A stretch of DNA of 64,000 nt, from positions 64,001 through 128,000 of the forward strand of contig JAYZAL010000038.1 in assembly GCA_036339735.1 (NCBI GenBank), read 5' to 3'. A program made the position numbers and the translations under genes. This DNA is from Candidatus Poribacteria bacterium. Its GTDB lineage: Bacteria > Poribacteria > WGA-4E > UBA9662. Position 1 is the first letter of the stretch. The number at the start of each line of letters is the position of its first letter. The notes beneath the pieces are model-generated. The model searched no databases. It was not told the origin of the DNA and was given only the letters and a program-made list of their open reading frames with translations. Positions 59,834 to 64,000 of this stretch are shown in pieces.

Positions 59834-60751
59834 TTGTCTGGTCAGTCAAATTCCCTACTGGCGATTTTGGGGCCGACAGCCAGTGGGAAGACAACAAATG
59901 CTGTTCGGTTAGCAAAATCTATTGGGGGCGAGATTATATCGGTAGATTCACGACAAATCTACCGACAAATGGCAATTGGTACGGCTAAACCAACTTTGGA
60001 AGAGCAACAGTCAGTTCGACATCACCTGATTGACATTGCCAACGTGGATGAAAAATTTTCTGCAGCAGATTTTCAGAAACTAGCAGACCGAGCGATTCAA
60101 GACATTCGTCAAAGAGGAAAAGTAGTTTTGTTGGTTGGTGGTTCGGGGCTATACTTTCGAGCATTAGTTGATGGTTTATTTTCAGGACCAGCTGGAGATG
60201 AAAATTTTCGACATCAGCTAAAAACACAAGCGAACGTACATGGTCCCCAATATTTACATCAAGAACTTCAGAAGGTCGACCCACGTACAGCCGACAAAAT
60301 ACACCCCAACAACCTCGTACGTGTGATTCGAGCCCTAGAGGTCTACCATTTGTCAGGCCAAAAAATGTCAGATTTTCAACCTGCGTGGGATTCGGAGTCC
60401 CGATATAATTTTCGGGCCTACGTTTTAAAATTGGATCGACAATATCTGTACCAACGAATTGAAACCAGAGTGGACAAAATGATCGAACATGGTTGGGTTC
60501 AAGAAGTTCAAGATTTACTAAATGCTGGTTACTCACCTTCAACTCAACCCTTACGAAGTTTTGGGTACCACGAGCTCATCAACTATCTTGATGGTAGAAC
60601 TAATCTCGATACCGCGGTAGAACAAATTAAACTTAAAACAAGGCGCTATGCCAAGCGCCAATTGACCTGGTTTCGGGCAGATCAGCGACTAAAGTGGGTT
60701 GACCCTAAGCAGTTAGAAAACCAAGTACTAACAATCAATTTTTCCCAATGA
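59834..60751 (+). CDS. miaA: tRNA dimethylallyltransferase
   Basis: GPTASGKT, DSRQIY, IGTAKP, VGGSGLY, RALEV, TRRYAKRQLTW. Confidence 0.97.
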   Translation: MSGQSNSLLAILGPTASGKTTNAVRLAKSIGGEIISVDSRQIYRQMAIGTAKPTLEEQQSVRHHLIDIANVDEKFSAADFQKLADRAIQDIRQRGKVVLLVGGSGLYFRALVDGLFSGPAGDENFRHQLKTQANVHGPQYLHQELQKVDPRTADKIHPNNLVRVIRALEVYHLSGQKMSDFQPAWDSESRYNFRAYVLKLDRQYLYQRIETRVDKMIEHGWVQEVQDLLNAGYSPSTQPLRSFGYHELINYLDGRTNLDTAVEQIKLKTRRYAKRQLTWFRADQRLKWVDPKQLENQVLTINFSQ

Positions 60752-60773
60752 TGAAAAATAAGGAAGCTACAAA

Positions 60774-61364
60774 ATGGATCGAATTCAGGAATATATTTCT
60801 CACCTGCAACAAGTTTTGAGTCGATTATCGGTACCCGATGTTCGAGCCTCAATTGATCTTATCATGAAGGCTTATGAAAATGATAAACAGATTTTCATTA
60901 TTGGAAACGGCGGTAGTGCTTCGACAGCGTCCCACATCAGTTGTGATCTAAATAAGGGTACTGTTACAATACCCGGTGGTGGAGTTTTGCCTGGACTTAA
61001 ACGATTTCGATCCATCAGTTTAACTGATAATGTTTCAACTATGAGCGCATGGGCTAATGACACGACCTACGATGATATTTTTGTTGAACAGCTAAAAAAC
61101 TTAGTTTGTCCCAATGATTTACTATTGTGTCTTAGTGTTAGCGGCAATTCAGAAAACATATTGCGGGCCATGAGACTAGCTAAACAAATGGACTGTAATT
61201 TGATTGCTTGGACCGGACAAAATGGAGGAAGAATGGCTGAAATTGCTGATGTTACTGTTCGTGTTGAGAGCGATCGGTATGGTCCTGTTGAAGATATTCA
61301 TCTCATTTTGAATCACATTTTACATGATTGGATTTCAACAGATAACCAAGCCCGTATTGGCTGA
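60774..61364 (+). CDS. gmhA: Phosphoheptose isomerase (SIS domain)
   Basis: GNGGSASTASH, SAWAND, IFVEQ, SVSGNSENI, EDIH. Confidence 0.8.
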   Translation: MDRIQEYISHLQQVLSRLSVPDVRASIDLIMKAYENDKQIFIIGNGGSASTASHISCDLNKGTVTIPGGGVLPGLKRFRSISLTDNVSTMSAWANDTTYDDIFVEQLKNLVCPNDLLLCLSVSGNSENILRAMRLAKQMDCNLIAWTGQNGGRMAEIADVTVRVESDRYGPVEDIHLILNHILHDWISTDNQARIG

Positions 61365-61371
61365 CAATTGT

Positions 61372-61400
61372 TTGACACGACTGAATTTGGTCGATATAAT
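61372..61400 (+). promoter_or_regulatory. Perfect consensus sigma70 promoter for nfeD
   Basis: TTGACA-N17-TATAAT; implies the nfeD start is ATG 61425 (GGGGGG RBS), not TTG 61368. Confidence 0.8.
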
Positions 61401-61424
61401 TCGGTACAGTTAGGGGGGTTACGA

Positions 61425-62906
61425 ATGCTCATGTTCATCCGACTTTGGCTCTTTTTTCTACTTGCTCTATTCTGTATTCCCATTCAAGCTGCACAGGTCT
61501 ACATCATCCGAATCCGTTCAGAAATAGGGAATGGACTTCGGGTTTATATCAAGCACGGCATCGAAGCGGCCGAAGCAGGAAACTCAGACGCCATCATTTT
61601 CGACATCGACACACCTGGTGGCGCGGTGAACGCTGCTAAAGATATCATCGACGATATACATCAGACAAATATTCCTACCATAGCTTATGTCAATAATGAG
61701 GCGATATCAGCGGGTGCGATGATTTCTTTAGCCTGCGACCAAATAGTTATGAGGGGTGGTGGTACAATTGGCGATTCGGCTCCAGTGTCCTTGCAAGGAC
61801 AGGAAGCTGGTGAAAAGATTGTTTCTTATGTAAGAGGCAAAATAGAAGCTACAGCTGAGCGTCAAGGGCGTAACCCTGATATTGCGAAGGCAATGGTGGA
61901 CAAGAAATTGTGGTTGGTAAAACTCAAAAACGGTAATATCGTTGCGTTGAGAAGCGACGAATATGAAAAACGAAGGGAAGCTGACGAGATTGAAGAAGTG
62001 ATTGCGTCTGGCGGCGAAAGCGAAGCTGAACTTTTAACTCTTACCACAGAAGGTGCAATCAAATATCAGTTAGCTGAAGCCATCGCTGAAAGCTTAGACG
62101 CATTACTTGAGATGTATTTGATCGTTGAGGTCAATGGAACTCGCCAAGCTATGACCAGAGAAAATTTTGAATTTATGGATAAAGATTTACCATTTGTAGC
62201 CCTGAAAAATGCGAACCAAAACACAGTTGAACTTACCTTAGCTGACCGGATGGTTATTTTTTTGACCAGCCCGATAATTGCGGGCCTACTTTTGTCCCTC
62301 GGCACCGCAGGTCTATTTATCGAGATCCGATCACCTGGATTTGGGATCCCTGGATTGCTGGGTCTACTGTGCCTAAGCCTATTTTTTGGCGGCCACTTAC
62401 TCAGTCATGTTGACGCCGAGTACGCGTTACTGGCTTTTGTCTTTGGGGTTTGCCTTCTACTTTTAGAAGCTTTTGTTATTCCTGGTTTCGGTATAGCAGG
62501 CATTTTGGGCCTTGGATGCATTTTATTCAGTATTTTCTTCATCTTTAGTCAAGCCTACGAAACAGAACAAGCTATCACGACTTTGTCAGTTTCAGTCCTA
62601 ATGACCGTTAGTCTTTGTGTTATTGCGGCTTACTTGTTGCCCAAAACAAGAACATGGAACAACTTCGTTCTTCAGACTGAAATGGTCTCGGAGCAAGGAT
62701 TCCATTCTGCGCCTCGTGAAGATTTTCAACACTACATTGGCCAGCTTGGTACAGCTCTGACAACACTAAGACCGTCTGGTACCATTCGTATTGGAGAAGA
62801 CCGACTTGACGCGATTAGTATAGGAAATTTTGTTGATCCTGAATCCACTGTGAAAGTTGTACAAGTTGAAGGTGCAAATGTCTACGTAGAGGAAGTCTTA
62901 GTTTAA
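61425..62906 (+). CDS. nfeD: Long-form NfeD membrane-bound serine protease (ClpP class)
   Basis: IDTPGG, AISAGAMI, EKIVS, TM bundle with PGFG, C-terminal OB fold TTLRPSG. Confidence 0.9.
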   Translation: MLMFIRLWLFFLLALFCIPIQAAQVYIIRIRSEIGNGLRVYIKHGIEAAEAGNSDAIIFDIDTPGGAVNAAKDIIDDIHQTNIPTIAYVNNEAISAGAMISLACDQIVMRGGGTIGDSAPVSLQGQEAGEKIVSYVRGKIEATAERQGRNPDIAKAMVDKKLWLVKLKNGNIVALRSDEYEKRREADEIEEVIASGGESEAELLTLTTEGAIKYQLAEAIAESLDALLEMYLIVEVNGTRQAMTRENFEFMDKDLPFVALKNANQNTVELTLADRMVIFLTSPIIAGLLLSLGTAGLFIEIRSPGFGIPGLLGLLCLSLFFGGHLLSHVDAEYALLAFVFGVCLLLLEAFVIPGFGIAGILGLGCILFSIFFIFSQAYETEQAITTLSVSVLMTVSLCVIAAYLLPKTRTWNNFVLQTEMVSEQGFHSAPREDFQHYIGQLGTALTTLRPSGTIRIGEDRLDAISIGNFVDPESTVKVVQVEGANVYVEEVLV

Positions 62907-62957
62907 TACAAACAGCTTTCCACGTTGGTAATATAAACAAATCTCAAGGAGTTTAAA

Positions 62958-64000
62958 TTGAGTAAAAGAATTGGTGTCCTAACTGGTGGAGGCGACACCC
63001 CTGCACTAAATGCTACACTCAAGGGTATAGCCCTGAAAGCCGAGGAACTCGGTTATGAATTAATTGGGTTCATGGAAGGTTGGGCTGGTGTTTTGACCGG
63101 TGGTTCCTACGTACGTCTTAATCCTGATATGGTTAATGAAAATCAAGGTGGGACACTGTTGCAGAGTTCCAGAACCAACTTGCGTGCTTCTAATAAATTA
63201 GGTGAAGCCGTCGACAATTTGAAAAAGCTGAAAATTGACGCACTGATCCCAATAGGTGGAGATGACACCTTGAGCGTTGGTTCAGCACTGTCCGAACACT
63301 TCACTACAACTTTCGTAACTAAGACAATTGACAACGATGTTGGAATCAACTGCCCAGCAGAAGAGGCACTTGATTACACGAAGATTATTAATTATTTCTG
63401 CCCCGGCTTTCCTAGTGCTGCTCACCTCGTCGCAAAATACGTTCGTGATATCCGTACGACAGCCTATTCACACAACCGTGTTATTTTCGTGGAAGCCATG
63501 GGTCGCTATGCTGGCTGGCTAACGTTGTCCGCTGCTTATGGTGGTGCAGACTTAATCCTAATTCCCGAGGCAACTTACGATCCTGATAAGATGGCCGAAA
63601 TAATAGAGAAACAATATCTAGAAAAAGGTCACCTGATTGTAGCTGTTTCAGAAGGGATCAGTGATGCTAATGGTGATCTAATCACTGAATCAGCAGAACT
63701 GGATAGCTTTGGTCACGCAAGACCTGGGGGTTGTTCAGAGGTCATTGCTGATCATATGAAAAATCGAATGCCTAGTTTATCTTCATCAGTATTTCGACAC
63801 CAGATTCTCGGTTATATGCAGCGCTGTGGTAGCCCAATACCGATCGATCGAGACACCGCTATCAAAGCTGGGAAATTATCAGTTTCCGCTGTTGAGAATG
63901 GACAAGTAAACCATGTTTCTACTATCATGAGAACGGATTTGGGTCTGGAACCACGTTTGCTCCATTTAAATCAAGTCCTGAAGCGTGGAGAAGATGGACA
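62958..64000 (+). CDS. pfkA: 6-phosphofructokinase, PPi-dependent signature; runs off the window end
   Basis: Absent from the ORF track. AAGGAG RBS, TTG at 62958: MSKRIGVLTGGGDTPALNA ... GGTLLQSSR ... GGDDT ... TKTIDND ... EAMGR.AGW ... GYMQRCG. Confidence 0.92.
   Translation, partial: MSKRIGVLTGGGDTPALNATLKGIALKAEELGYELIGFMEGWAGVLTGGSYVRLNPDMVNENQGGTLLQSSRTNLRASNKLGEAVDNLKKLKIDALIPIGGDDTLSVGSALSEHFTTTFVTKTIDNDVGINCPAEEALDYTKIINYFCPGFPSAAHLVAKYVRDIRTTAYSHNRVIFVEAMGRYAGWLTLSAAYGGADLILIPEATYDPDKMAEIIEKQYLEKGHLIVAVSEGISDANGDLITESAELDSFGHARPGGCSEVIADHMKNRMPSLSSSVFRHQILGYMQRCGSPIPIDRDTAIKAGKLSVSAVENGQVNHVSTIMRTDLGLEPRLLHLNQVLKRGEDG

Noticed and set aside
385-63522. Many 60-185 aa ORFs in the track overlapping longer genes (e.g. 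2637..3029, 35689..36132, 59985..60542, 385..597, 63143..63349)
   Set aside because: Antisense or out-of-frame shadows of well-supported CDSs, with no recognisable motifs.
1-64000. CRISPR arrays, IS elements, prophage, rRNA/tRNA
   Set aside because: No spaced direct repeats, transposase, integrase or phage structural genes, or RNA-gene signatures found by eye.

Overview
Gene-dense, AT-rich bacterial chromosomal window with about 50 CDSs. I found no rRNA, tRNA, CRISPR array, transposase or integrase. The content points by inference to Candidatus Poribacteria or a related diderm lineage: seven PhyH-family Fe(II)/2OG dioxygenases, sulfatases, sugar-catabolic enzymes, and secreted LamG/ConA-type proteins sharing a C-terminal 'KLxTxW(G/A)x(I/V)(K/R)xxY' tail. 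Housekeeping genes (hisB, trmK, tatD, tRNA nucleotidyltransferase, PduO, miaA, gmhA, nfeD, pfk) are interspersed with carbohydrate, sulfate-ester and oxidative catabolism genes. The leading hypothesis is a T9SS-related export/surface-sorting system: three signal-peptide proteins share an exact-register 19-aa C-terminal tail, there is a 2068-aa PorU-like C25 peptidase with a T9SS-type CTD, and a PorV/PorQ-like beta-barrel is fused to a lytic transglycosylase beside a LysM-M23 peptidase. Other notable items are a PhyH paralog with a halogenase-type HxG iron motif, a probable CC-adding enzyme lacking the flexible loop, a standalone UvrD helicase-Fe-S nuclease fusion with K-to-R at the nuclease motif, a rod-shaped ~170-nt intergenic ncRNA candidate, and a triple-DUF5069 protein. 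All family calls come from motif recognition by eye; no database search was run.
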